Shown here: piece by piece, positions 8,993-18,615 of the stretch | How the letters are laid out: every line of letters begins with the position of its first letter | Numbering within the stretch: position 1 is the stretch's first letter | Source: an uncultured delta proteobacterium | Lineage (GTDB): Bacteria > Desulfobacterota > Binatia > UBA9968 | Length of the DNA: 64,000 nt | Direction: 5' to 3' | Assembly (NCBI GenBank): GCA_963727625.1 | Contig: CAVSHR010000012.1 | Span: 128,001 to 192,000 of the forward strand | The notes under the pieces: generated by a model | Told to the model about the DNA's origin: nothing | Seen by the model: the letters and a program-made list of their open reading frames with translations, nothing else | The model's database searches: none | Position numbers and translations under genes: made by a program

Positions 8993-11615
8993 CGCAACTC
9001 TGGTCGGCGGCATAAACCGGCAGCGATACAAAAAACGTCGTGCCTTTCTCAGGTTCGCTTTCCACCCAGATTCGACCGCCGTGCGCCTCAACAACTTTCT
9101 TGCAAATCGCCAGACCAAGCCCCGTTCCGTCGCGGCTCGAATGTTGTCCGGTGATCACTTGGCGGTATTTATTGAAAATCAATTCGAACTCCTCTCGGGG
9201 TAGGCCGATGCCGGAATCTTTAACCCAGAAAACGACTTCGTTATCGCCCCAGGCACGCGCCGCGAGATCGATCTCCCCTCCGCTTGACGTAAACTTGAAA
9301 GCGTTGCTGAGGAGATTTTCCACCACCTGGCTTATGCGCCGCACGTCGAGCTCCAAGCGCGGCAAGTCATCGCTGATCTCGGCTTTAAGCGCGATCCGTT
9401 TCTTGTCCGCCTCCACCAGATGATCGAGGTGGCATTCATGGAGCAGCGCCTTGAGATCCACCGGTGTTTTGACCAGGTGTAATGCGCCGGCATCGATCTT
9501 GGAGATATCGAGGAAGTCGCCGACATGGTTGATTAAGCTCCGGCAGCTCTCTTGCACCCTCCACAACCACTTGTGCTGCAGATCGGTTACCGTCCCGAAG
9601 ACCCCGTCGCGAATCGAATCGGTGATCGAGAGAATGTTCGACAGCGGCGATCGCAGATCATGGGCGACCATTGCGGTAAAATCAGCAAGAGTTTGCTCCG
9701 CCCGCCTACGTTCTTCGATTTCCCGGCGTAGTTCTTCGTTCGCCTGCACGGTTGCGCTGTAAAGTCTTGCGTTTTCCACTCCGAGCGCGATTTGCCGCGA
9801 CATCGCTTGCAAAAAATGTCTTTCGTCGGCGCTGAACGGGTGCGGCTCCAAACCCATAATCGTAATCGCCGCATGGAGTTGGGATTCCTGACTGAGCGGC
9901 AAAACCGCCAGTGCACGGATCTCGTTGGTCCTAGACGCGGAGGCAAATTCCGGCGCAACCGCAACATCCTCGATAAACCAGGGATTCGTGCAGTCCTCCA
10001 CACATTGCTGAAATTCGCCTCTGAGCCACGTCCATTTCGCCTCGAGATCAATTAAGGAAGTCGGCTTGGCGCCGGTGCCGTAGAAAGTCCGGCCGCCGAC
10101 ATCCTGTGAAAAGCTCGCAAACGCAAAATCAAATCCGCTGGCCCTGGTCAAACGGTTCAAGCCGCGCTCAATCACCTGTTCGATCGAAAGCGTTTCGGCG
10201 ATTTCCTGAGAGACAAGGTTAAGAGACTCAAGCTGATCCGTGTAAGCCAACAGCCGTTCCTCGCCCTTTCGCAGCACGGTGATATCCCGAGTGATGGTAG
10301 CGGCGCCGATAACGTTTCGGTGCACATCGCGAATCGGCGACAGCGACGCAGAAACGTCGAATAGCTGTCCGCTCTTGTGCACTCGCTTGCTCTCATAGCG
10401 ATTGATGCCGCGGCCCTGTTTGACAACCTCTAAAAGCTCCCAGACTTCATCACGGTGCGTCGGTGGAATCAGTTGTAATACCGGACGCCCAAGGACTTCG
10501 GCAGCGGTGAAACCATAGGTCGATTCCGCGCCGTCGTTCCAACTGGTGACGACGCCGTCCAGCGTCATGCCGATGATCGCTTCCTCCGAAGATTCCACGA
10601 TCGCTGCTAGGCGAGCTCGTTCCTCCTCGGCTTGAACCCTGTCTTTCACATAGCCGACGACGAATTTGCTGCCAACCAACCAGGCCAAACCGCCGGCCGC
10701 CAGCGACACAACGATCAACCAGCTTAAATTGCGCGCCAAATCTCGATTGACCTGGCCGAACGCCAGCGCTTTGGGAATTCCGACCATCACGTACATCTGC
10801 CCGGCGGAAGGTTTGAGAGACAGAAGCTTTAGCGCGTAGAGACGATCGACGCCGTCCAAGCCGACCAATTCCCGGCTCATTCGGCGTCGGAGCTGGAGTA
10901 TTTCAAAAAGCGGGGCGTCCGGAATATGTTTGCCCACCCATTTTTCCGAGTCGGGGAACCTCGCCAGCAGAATGCCCTTGCTATCCACGATCGATAGGGA
11001 GACACCGTCAGGCAAGCCGCTTTCCATCGCGAGCTGATTAATCCAATTGACATCGAGAGCCGCAAAGATGACGGCGCGGACGTTGCCCGCGCTATTCAAC
11101 ACCGGCATAGCAAAACTGAGGCTCTGCCTTGCCGGCCTGCCGCGGACATGATAATCGCCGATGGCGAATGCTTTGACCTTGAGCGCTCGGCGAAAGAAGC
11201 TGGCCTGCGTGACTCTTTCGCCGGTCTCGTCGGCGTGAGCGCGGCAGCGCACGAGACCATCCGGATCGGCAACGCCGAGATCGACATATATCCTGTTGTG
11301 CTCGGCGAAGCGGCGCAGAAACTCGCCGCATGCCGCCTCGTTCTCTTTCGCCAATTCCGGCGTCTCGGCCAACAACGACAACAACTGCCTGGCTGAATCA
11401 ATATAGCGCGACTCCCGGATCGCGACATTTTCAGCTATCTCCCAGGCATTCTCCTGCGCCTCCACAATCCGTATGTCCCGGGTTACCTTGGCCTGGTAGA
11501 GGATCAAGCCGAGAATCGGTAAGACGGCAACCAGGATAATGACGATCAGCCGTTGACGGAGTTTGCGTAAGAACGATTCCGTGGCTTGAAGGATGATTTG
11601 GTCAAGTTTCCACAT
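8979..11615 (-). CDS. Sensor histidine kinase (dCache-PAS-GAF-HisKA-HATPase)
   Basis: Two TM helices around a Cache domain, PAS (SWNDGAESTYGF), GAF, H-box AHDLRSPL, N/G boxes, GTGLGL. Confidence 0.9.
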   Translation of the reverse strand: MWKLDQIILQATESFLRKLRQRLIVIILVAVLPILGLILYQAKVTRDIRIVEAQENAWEIAENVAIRESRYIDSARQLLSLLAETPELAKENEAACGEFLRRFAEHNRIYVDLGVADPDGLVRCRAHADETGERVTQASFFRRALKVKAFAIGDYHVRGRPARQSLSFAMPVLNSAGNVRAVIFAALDVNWINQLAMESGLPDGVSLSIVDSKGILLARFPDSEKWVGKHIPDAPLFEILQLRRRMSRELVGLDGVDRLYALKLLSLKPSAGQMYVMVGIPKALAFGQVNRDLARNLSWLIVVSLAAGGLAWLVGSKFVVGYVKDRVQAEEERARLAAIVESSEEAIIGMTLDGVVTSWNDGAESTYGFTAAEVLGRPVLQLIPPTHRDEVWELLEVVKQGRGINRYESKRVHKSGQLFDVSASLSPIRDVHRNVIGAATITRDITVLRKGEERLLAYTDQLESLNLVSQEIAETLSIEQVIERGLNRLTRASGFDFAFASFSQDVGGRTFYGTGAKPTSLIDLEAKWTWLRGEFQQCVEDCTNPWFIEDVAVAPEFASASRTNEIRALAVLPLSQESQLHAAITIMGLEPHPFSADERHFLQAMSRQIALGVENARLYSATVQANEELRREIEERRRAEQTLADFTAMVAHDLRSPLSNILSITDSIRDGVFGTVTDLQHKWLWRVQESCRSLINHVGDFLDISKIDAGALHLVKTPVDLKALLHECHLDHLVEADKKRIALKAEISDDLPRLELDVRRISQVVENLLSNAFKFTSSGGEIDLAARAWGDNEVVFWVKDSGIGLPREEFELIFNKYRQVITGQHSSRDGTGLGLAICKKVVEAHGGRIWVESEPEKGTTFFVSLPVYAADQSCATPA

Positions 11616-11812
11616 GATCGTTTTTAGCCGCGGCGCGAGGCCGCGAGCGCCTGACTGTGGCAGTCGCGACGGTGCGGTGCGCCTTTGAGAGAATCACGCC
11701 GAGCAGTGATATTGAAGTAAACCATTGTCAATACCGGGAGTTTATTTCCGCGCCCGGAAACCGAGATGCTATGTTGGAGGTTGAGCGAGGCCACAGCGCA
11801 GTTCCCGTCGCT

Positions 11813-12034
11813 TCAGAAATCAGGGTCCCCTTTGTTCAAGCCGGCCGAAGAATTCTCCCGGCGTTCGATCCACTCAGTCAACTGGCTTTCCCGCAGGCGC
11901 CACTGCCCGCCGACTTTAAAAGCCGGCAAATCTCTTCTTCGGATCATTCTTTGCAGCGTACGGGTGGAGACATGGAGCAGCTCCGCTGCCTCCGGCAAGG
12001 TCAAAAGTCTCAATCGATCAAGATGATTGTCCAT
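11813..12034 (-). CDS. Excisionase-like HTH_17 DNA-binding protein
   Basis: LLTLPEAAELLHVSTRTLQRMIRRRDLPAFKVGGQWR. Confidence 0.85.
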   Translation of the reverse strand: MDNHLDRLRLLTLPEAAELLHVSTRTLQRMIRRRDLPAFKVGGQWRLRESQLTEWIERRENSSAGLNKGDPDF

Positions 12035-12060
12035 CGGCCATTCTCAAGAGCAATTTGATG

Positions 12061-12076
12061 AGCAATGCCGGTGCCA
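12061..12076 (-). promoter_or_regulatory. Sigma54 -24/-12 promoter
   Basis: Minus strand TGGCACCGGCATTGCT matches TGGCAC-N5-TTGCW exactly, about 27 bp upstream of the HTH_17 start. Confidence 0.8.
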
Positions 12077-12339
12077 TTTTTCTTACCGTCGTAATTGTCT
12101 GGTTTTATTGAATAACCCGATGCCGACCTGAGACGATGCAGTACAGAATTGGACAGGTGATGACGACACGCCACAGCCTATGGAACACGGTCTGGGACGG
12201 CCAATCTGATTCAAGCGGTGAAAGGCTAACGATATCGGCGCACGCGATTCGAGCCATTCCAAAACACGCGAAACTTCTGTGCAGAGATTTGGTAGAAATG
12301 TTTTTCTGAGGAGTTGGGTACGGCGCAACCGGGTCGGGT

Positions 12340-14271
12340 CTACTGCTGATAAACAACTACGCCGGCTCGCTCCGGGTCGTAGCCACCGAGCGCCTCGACG
12401 GCCTGCTTAAAAGCATCAGAACGAAGGATTTGCATCAACTTGGCGCCGTAGTCGGATTGGTAAAACGATCGCGTCATCGCCAAATCATACTGTTCATTGG
12501 CCACCGGGATGAAATCGAGCTCCAGCGCCGTCGCCGCCGCGCGCACACCGAGCCCGGCATCGGCAAGCCCGCTGGCGATCGCCACGCCGACGGCCATGTG
12601 GGTAAATTCTTCGCGCTCGTAACCAAAAATCGCCGTCGGATCGACACCGCATTTTTTTAATTCATGGTCGAGCAGGACTCTGGTGCCGGAGCCCGGTTGC
12701 CGATTGACGAAGCGGATGTCAGACCTGGCAAGGTCTTTGAGATCCGTGAGTGCATGAGGATTGCCGCGCGCGACGAGAATCCCCTGCTCGCGCTGGGCCA
12801 GGTGCACGAGCACCAACGGAACCTTGAGAATGGCTTTTTTTATGTCGGGGATATTGTAAACACCGCTCGCCGAATCAAGCAGATGGGTTCCCGCGATGTG
12901 AGTCTCGCCGCGCTCCAACGCGAGCAGACCGCCCAGACTGCCGACGTTGGTGGCGGCGATCTTGAGTTCCGGATGGCTGAGCTTCAATTGATCTTCCAGC
13001 ACGGCGATGGCGAGATCATGGCTGCCGGTGCAGAGTATTGTGTTTTCAATATCGGCCGCCGGCCGAAGCAGTTCGACCTCGGCTACCTCGCCGGCGTTGA
13101 GCCCCTCGACCAGGCTGGGGATTCGCATCAAGCCGTCGGCGCGGACCATCGTCGTGATCACTCCGGCGCCGCGCGCCAGCGGCACCGCCACCAACTTGTC
13201 GCCGACTCTGCCCACGGTCACGCGAATGAACTCTTCCAAACCGAGATGCGAGGCAATTTTTTTTGGCACGACGGCGCGCACCGTCGGCTGCGCGGGCGCG
13301 GCGGAGCCGAGAAACTTTTCCAGCGCAGGGCGAAGCATTTCGCGGGCGATGACGATGGCCGACACTGGATAACCCGGCACGCCGAGGACCGGTTTATTTT
13401 GCGTCCGACCCAAGACCGCCGGTTTGCCAGGCATGACATCGATCCCGTGAGCCAGCAATTCTCCCCCATCAGCGATTACCTCCGAAGTGAAATCATGTTC
13501 GCCGGCCGACGATCCGGCGATGATCGTCACCAAATCGCACTCATCCGCCGCTCGCCGGAGCGCTTGTGTGAGCGCGGTCAAATCATCTTTCGCGCGCGGA
13601 TATTTGACCGGCGTGCCGCCCCATTCGCGAACAAAGGCGGCGAGCACGGTGGAATTGAAATCGATCACCGCGCCCGGCTTGGCTTCCTCGCCGGGTTGAA
13701 TAATTTCGTCGCCGGTGGGAATGATACCCACTCTAGGGCGAGCTTTAACGCGAACCATGGTATGGCCGGCAGCCAACAGCGCGCCAAGATCGTAAGGGCG
13801 CAGCCGATGGGACCTCGGTAAAAGCAGCTCGGTGGCGACCACGTCTTCACCGACCAAGCGAACATGATTCCACGGCGCCACCGACTCGAAAATTTCAATT
13901 GTGTGATCATCGATCTGATGCACCTTTTCGATCATAATCACCGCGTTGGCCCACGGCGGTAGCGCATTCCCGGTATCGACATATTTGAATGCCGCAGGAC
14001 CGGGCGCATCGGAAGCTGTCAAACTGAGCTTCTTACCGGCGAACTCCGTGGCGCCGAAAGTATCTTCAGCGCGCATGCAAATACCGTCCATGGCGGAGGC
14101 GTGATAGTGCGGCGAAGAAATTTTGGCGAAGACCGGCGCCGCCGTGATCCGGTCGAGCGCATCGTCGACGGCGACTTGTTCTGCTCTAATCCCAGACGGA
14201 TCAACGGTCGAAAGGAACAGCTCTCTGGCTTCGATTAGAGTGGTTTTCTTAAGGTAGCGTTTGCGCGCCAT
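12340..14271 (-). CDS. moeA: Molybdopterin biosynthesis MoeA fused to C-terminal PBP domain
   Basis: SAMDG, IPTGDE, MPGKP, PGYPVSA; C-terminal GSHD...VGSLGGL...NRQPGSGTR PBP domain. Confidence 0.9.
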   Translation of the reverse strand: MARKRYLKKTTLIEARELFLSTVDPSGIRAEQVAVDDALDRITAAPVFAKISSPHYHASAMDGICMRAEDTFGATEFAGKKLSLTASDAPGPAAFKYVDTGNALPPWANAVIMIEKVHQIDDHTIEIFESVAPWNHVRLVGEDVVATELLLPRSHRLRPYDLGALLAAGHTMVRVKARPRVGIIPTGDEIIQPGEEAKPGAVIDFNSTVLAAFVREWGGTPVKYPRAKDDLTALTQALRRAADECDLVTIIAGSSAGEHDFTSEVIADGGELLAHGIDVMPGKPAVLGRTQNKPVLGVPGYPVSAIVIAREMLRPALEKFLGSAAPAQPTVRAVVPKKIASHLGLEEFIRVTVGRVGDKLVAVPLARGAGVITTMVRADGLMRIPSLVEGLNAGEVAEVELLRPAADIENTILCTGSHDLAIAVLEDQLKLSHPELKIAATNVGSLGGLLALERGETHIAGTHLLDSASGVYNIPDIKKAILKVPLVLVHLAQREQGILVARGNPHALTDLKDLARSDIRFVNRQPGSGTRVLLDHELKKCGVDPTAIFGYEREEFTHMAVGVAIASGLADAGLGVRAAATALELDFIPVANEQYDLAMTRSFYQSDYGAKLMQILRSDAFKQAVEALGGYDPERAGVVVYQQ

Positions 14272-14286
14272 GGCTTAAAAAGGCCC

Positions 14287-14350
14287 AGGGTTGAGGGTCT
14301 AGAGTCTGGTGTTCGCGAACTCTAGACGCTAAACCCTAAACACTAGACTA
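14287..14350. repeat. Inverted heptamer array (AGAGTCT/AGACxCT type)
   Basis: AGGGTTG AGGGTCT AGAGTCT GGTGTTC ... AGACGCT AAACCCT AAACACT AGACT. Confidence 0.6.
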
Positions 14351-15586
14351 GAAGAGAATCACATCCACCGCTTCACCCAGCTCCAAACCGTCTTGATTCA
14401 TTTCGATGCGCACCATGCCATCGGCTTTCACCAGGGTAAAAATCGCGCCGGACTTGCTCGGCAGGGGCGTTGCGATAAGCGCTGGCGGATCGCCCTCCAG
14501 CGTCACGCGCACATAATCCTCCCGGCCGATCTGCGAGGCGATGTTGGTCTTCAACGTTGCTTTAACTGTTTTCGTGAAGCGGGTGAGTGCCGCCGCGTTC
14601 TCGCCACCGAGACGGCGAATCATCGGCGCGGCGAACAGATCGAAGATCACCAAGGCCGACACCGGATAACCGGGCAGGCCGAGAATCGGCTTGCCGCACG
14701 CCTTGGCGAAAATCGTCGGCTTCCCCGGCGCGATTGAGATTCCGTGAAAAATAAATTGCGAATCCGGGAAAGAAAGAATGGTTTCGAGCGCGATGTCCTT
14801 GGCGCCCATGGAACTGCCGCCCGATAGCAAAACCAGATTACTCCACTCGAGCGCCTCGCCGATTGCTTTGGTCAGTTCGGCGCGGTCGTCGCGAATCACA
14901 CCCCAATCTCTAAGCGCGCCGCCGCACTCTTCGATCAAACCCGCCAACGAGTGCTGGTTGATGTTGCGCACCTGCCCCGGCAACGGCACCGTGTCGGCAT
15001 CGACGATCTCATCGCCGGTGGAGATCAGCGCAACCCGCGGTCGCTGGTAGACGAGAATCGATGAGATCCCGACGCCGGTCAAGGCGCCGAGGTCATGGGC
15101 ACGCAGGCGCCGACCGTGTTGGAACACCAGCTCGTCTTTTTTGATATCATCGCCGATCTGAATGACGTTTTGCCATGGCGACACGCCGCGATGAATTTCG
15201 ACCAGCCCGGCTGCGGTTTCATCGGTATATTCCACCATCACCACGGCGTCGCTTTCAGGCGGCATCATGCCGCCCGTAGAGATACGGATCGCTTCGCCGG
15301 TCGCTAGCGGTTGCAGCGCCGGTTTGCCCATCTCCACCACGCCGGCCAATTTTAAATACGCCGGCAAACTCTGACTGGCGCCGAAAGTGTCTTTCGCTTT
15401 GACCGCGTAACCGTCCATGGCCGCGCGATGAAAGTGCGGCAGATCAACGCCCGAGTGAAGGTCTTCCGCCATGACGCGGCCCCGCCCTTTCACGGAAGGA
15501 ACCCGCTCGGTGTCAACCGGTTCGACGGCGAGCAAAAGCCGCAGCGCTTCATGCGGCGCTAATACTTTAAAAAACCTCTGAGCCAT
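14348..15586 (-). CDS. moeA: Molybdopterin molybdotransferase MoeA (gephyrin-like)
   Basis: AAMDGYAV, STGDE, SGGSS, PGKP, LPGYPVS. Confidence 0.92.
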   Translation of the reverse strand: MAQRFFKVLAPHEALRLLLAVEPVDTERVPSVKGRGRVMAEDLHSGVDLPHFHRAAMDGYAVKAKDTFGASQSLPAYLKLAGVVEMGKPALQPLATGEAIRISTGGMMPPESDAVVMVEYTDETAAGLVEIHRGVSPWQNVIQIGDDIKKDELVFQHGRRLRAHDLGALTGVGISSILVYQRPRVALISTGDEIVDADTVPLPGQVRNINQHSLAGLIEECGGALRDWGVIRDDRAELTKAIGEALEWSNLVLLSGGSSMGAKDIALETILSFPDSQFIFHGISIAPGKPTIFAKACGKPILGLPGYPVSALVIFDLFAAPMIRRLGGENAAALTRFTKTVKATLKTNIASQIGREDYVRVTLEGDPPALIATPLPSKSGAIFTLVKADGMVRIEMNQDGLELGEAVDVILF

Positions 15587-15707
15587 CTTTACCGGATCAT
15601 AAGCAGAACCATGCGCGGAAGCAAATCTTAAACCGGTGAGGCTGTGCTTGACAGAGCGGGAGCTTAGGCAGAAAATCACGCCCGCGAGCCAAACGGAGGA
15701 AAATTCT

Positions 15708-16148
15708 ATGAAGTTGCAGAAGGTCTACCACATGGGCATACCGGTGGATAATTTGGATCGCGCTAAGGATTTCTACACCAACGTGCTCGGCATGGAATAT
15801 CTCGGCCGCGTCGGCGGCAATCCGAATAATCCGGATTCGTTTCCGATCCACGGCGTGGCGCAAAAGCTCGATCGTTTGCACTGCGGCAACGACGATGTGG
15901 TTCTTTTCGAACGGCCGCGCGCGATCGCGCGCGATGCCCTCGAAGAAGACGGCATTGCGCACCAGGCCTTCGACATGGCCTGGGAAGATTATGACGATGC
16001 GTTGAAAACCGCCAAGGAGTTGGGCAAGTATCATCGCAGCGTCGAGCGCGACAGCGGCAACACGATTTATATGTTCGACTCCGAAGGAAACTATTTGGAA
16101 CTACATTTCCCCCGCCCCGGCGGCCGGCGCGCGCGCCCATCGAACTGA
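15708..16148 (+). CDS. VOC/glyoxalase family protein
   Basis: HMGIPVDNLDRAKDFY...IYMFDSEGNYLEL; GGAGGA RBS. Confidence 0.85.
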   Translation: MKLQKVYHMGIPVDNLDRAKDFYTNVLGMEYLGRVGGNPNNPDSFPIHGVAQKLDRLHCGNDDVVLFERPRAIARDALEEDGIAHQAFDMAWEDYDDALKTAKELGKYHRSVERDSGNTIYMFDSEGNYLELHFPRPGGRRARPSN

Positions 16149-16159
16149 ATTTCGGAATA

Positions 16160-16262
16160 TCTCGCGCAAAGACGCAAAGGCCGCAAAGTTCGGAGATTAA
16201 GGGTGAAAATCATTGATCAGAGTTTTTTCCAATAACCTTGGCGCCTTCGCGCCTTTGCGAGA
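16160..16262. repeat. REP-like inverted 9-mer element (CGCAAAG units)
   Basis: TCTCGCGCAAAGACGCAAAGGCCGCAAAG ... CTTGGCGCCTTCGCGCCTTTGCGAGA. Confidence 0.6.
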
Positions 16263-16326
16263 AATGCTCCGAGATAGGGTAAATACTCCGACTCAACCCA
16301 GCAGAATAATTCGTTAGGAACACAAC

Positions 16327-17274
16327 ATGGACAAACCTATTAAGCTCACCATCGGCGGAACCTCCAAGCGCGTCGACATCGCCAACGTCGTCGCTCTGAC
16401 TTTTTTCAATAACGCGGATCTGCCGCGCCAATCCCGGCTCGACGTCGCCATGGGCTGGCGCGACTCCGACCTCGGCGGCACTGGCCCGGCTATTCTGGTC
16501 GACAAAAAGAAAATCGATTTCGGCTTCGGCAATCCGGTCGGTTTATCGGCGATGGCCTATCTCGGCTGCGGCTTTTACAAAAAGAAAATTCCCCTGCGCG
16601 CCATCGGCGTATTTCCGACCTGGGACCGGCTGATCTTCGCGGTGCGCAAAAACATCGGCATCGAGTCCCTCGAAGACGTCAAGAAACAGAAATATCCGCT
16701 GTGCATCTCGACGCGGCGGCGCGGCAAGCTGCAAACCACCATCTACGCCATCGAAGAAGTGCTCAAGGCCTACGGCATGAGCTACCGCGACATCGAGCGC
16801 TGGGGCGGCAAAATCATGGAAGCGCCCAACCCGAGCGGACCCATGCGCAAAGATCATATTCAATCCGGCAAGGCGGACGCCGTGTTCGACGAAGGCGTCA
16901 AAAGCTGGGGGCCGACGGCGCTCAACGCCGGCATGCGGTTTCTGCCGATCAACGACGCCGCGGCGCGCCATATGAGCAAACTCGGGTTTCCCAGCGCCAT
17001 GCTGACGCGCAAGCATTACGCCAAGCTCGACCGCGATATTCGCTGCGTGGATTTCAGCGGCTGGACCTTTTTCTGTCATGCCGATCTGCCCGCGCCTATC
17101 GCTTACGCGATGGCCAAAGCCGTCGATCTTTGTCATAAGCAGATTCCGGTGGACCATTTCGACAAGCGGGCGATGACCATGCGCGAGTTCTGCCGCGGCG
17201 GCGAAGCCGGACAGTTGAATATTCCGCTCCATCCCGGGGCGAAGAAATATTTTCGTGAGAAAGGTTATCTTTAA
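16327..17274 (+). CDS. TAXI-family solute-binding-fold protein (no evident signal peptide)
   Basis: IESLEDVK, EVLKAYG, C-terminal IPLHPGAKKYFREKGYL TAXI signature. Confidence 0.8.
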   Translation: MDKPIKLTIGGTSKRVDIANVVALTFFNNADLPRQSRLDVAMGWRDSDLGGTGPAILVDKKKIDFGFGNPVGLSAMAYLGCGFYKKKIPLRAIGVFPTWDRLIFAVRKNIGIESLEDVKKQKYPLCISTRRRGKLQTTIYAIEEVLKAYGMSYRDIERWGGKIMEAPNPSGPMRKDHIQSGKADAVFDEGVKSWGPTALNAGMRFLPINDAAARHMSKLGFPSAMLTRKHYAKLDRDIRCVDFSGWTFFCHADLPAPIAYAMAKAVDLCHKQIPVDHFDKRAMTMREFCRGGEAGQLNIPLHPGAKKYFREKGYL

Positions 17275-17431
17275 GCTATTGTTTACGCGCTGATGTTCTT
17301 CGTAGCCGAGAGTCACCTTTTGGAAGGCCAGGACGTGCGCACGCCGGATATTTTTGATATTGGGAAGAACTATCAGGCCATCGGCACCCGCTACCCGGAC
17401 ATTTTCGGAGGAGCAAAATGAAAACCTCTTG

Positions 17432-17581
17432 GTTCAAAGCGTTCAAAAAGTTCAAGCCGTTCAAATCGTCACGGAGGTTCAAAACTCCCTCCCTCCTTCG
17501 ATCCTCCCCGCGACGCTGGGGAGGACGTAAGGAGGAGGTTTGAACGGAGCGCAGTGGTTGAACGGCTTCAACGATTTGAAC
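17432..17581. repeat. Inverted GTTCAA 9-mer array with nested hairpin
   Basis: GTTCAAAGC GTTCAAAAA GTTCAAGCC GTTCAAATC ... TTGAAC GGCTTCAAC GATTTGAAC. Confidence 0.8.
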
Positions 17582-17615
17582 AAGAATTTTTTCTGTCTCT
17601 TGAAAGGAATTCGCT

Positions 17616-18596
17616 ATGTCTCTTAAACCTAAAATCACCTTGGGTCTTCCGGACCATCCGCGCTGCCAGGCAATTATCCACGGCAAGGTCGGCATCGAGG
17701 GTTACGACCTCGAGGTTGACCCAAACTTTACGAGTTCCGGCGAGCGGCACTACAAATATTTGCACGGTCAGTGGGATGTCGGCGAAGTGTCGGCCGCAAG
17801 CTTGTTGCGTGCCATCGAAAACGGCCAAGAGCTGCTGGCCATCCCGGTGTTCTTCGAGCGTGGGCCAAGGCAGCGCAATATCTATCATTGCGAAGACAAG
17901 CTCAAGCACCCTTCGGAACTGCGCGGCAAGAAGTTCGGCTGTTTCCGCTACGGCGCAACGGCGGTGGTTTGGGCACGCGGTTATCTGCTCGATGCCCACG
18001 ACATCAAAACCACCGACATGCAGTGGTTCGTCTCAGGCCGCGAGGTTTTCATCGGCCATGAGCTACCGGTCAAAGTGCAGCGCATCGAGCCGCCGCCGCC
18101 CTTCGGCGGCGAGAAGCTCGTGCTTTCAAAAATGCTGAACGAAGGCGAACTGCACGGCGCGGTGGTACCGGGGGATAACGGCTATGCCGGATTTTTCGGC
18201 GGCGGCGAAACGCCGAAGATGATGTCCGCCTATTCCGGCGTAAAGCCGCTCTTCGACGACAGCCAGGAAATCATCGACTACGTCAAGAAAACCGGCATCA
18301 ATCCGATCATGCACGTCTTGTCGGTCCGCCGCGAGGTCGCCGAGCGCCACCCGGATTTACCGGCAAAATTGACCCGGGCTTTCATGGAAGCGCGCGACGT
18401 CGCCGCGCAGTACATGACCGAGGAAGAGCGCGCGGGCTATCAAAAAGAACGCGAAGTGCTCGGCGAAGACCCTTACGCCTACGTGATGGGCGGGAACGAG
18501 AAGCGCACGCTGGCGGCGATGAATCGCTATCAGATCGAGCAAGGTCTGATGAAAACCACACTGCCGATGGATGATCTGTTCGTCGGCTATGTTTAA
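17616..18596 (+). CDS. 4,5-dihydroxyphthalate decarboxylase-like (PBP type 2 fold) protein
   Basis: DVGEVS, AIPVF, LRGKKFG, TAVVWARG, PIMHV, DPYAY, EQGL motifs. Confidence 0.75.
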   Translation: MSLKPKITLGLPDHPRCQAIIHGKVGIEGYDLEVDPNFTSSGERHYKYLHGQWDVGEVSAASLLRAIENGQELLAIPVFFERGPRQRNIYHCEDKLKHPSELRGKKFGCFRYGATAVVWARGYLLDAHDIKTTDMQWFVSGREVFIGHELPVKVQRIEPPPPFGGEKLVLSKMLNEGELHGAVVPGDNGYAGFFGGGETPKMMSAYSGVKPLFDDSQEIIDYVKKTGINPIMHVLSVRREVAERHPDLPAKLTRAFMEARDVAAQYMTEEERAGYQKEREVLGEDPYAYVMGGNEKRTLAAMNRYQIEQGLMKTTLPMDDLFVGYV

Positions 18597-18615
18597 CAAA
18601 GGGGGAAGCGAAATA

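Noticed and set aside
11813-12034. HTH_17 genes as evidence of a prophage
   Set aside because: No integrase, structural or replication genes nearby
17272-17421. Stop-codon readthrough of the TAXI gene
   Set aside because: The stop is TAA and the protein already ends at the canonical TAXI C-terminus
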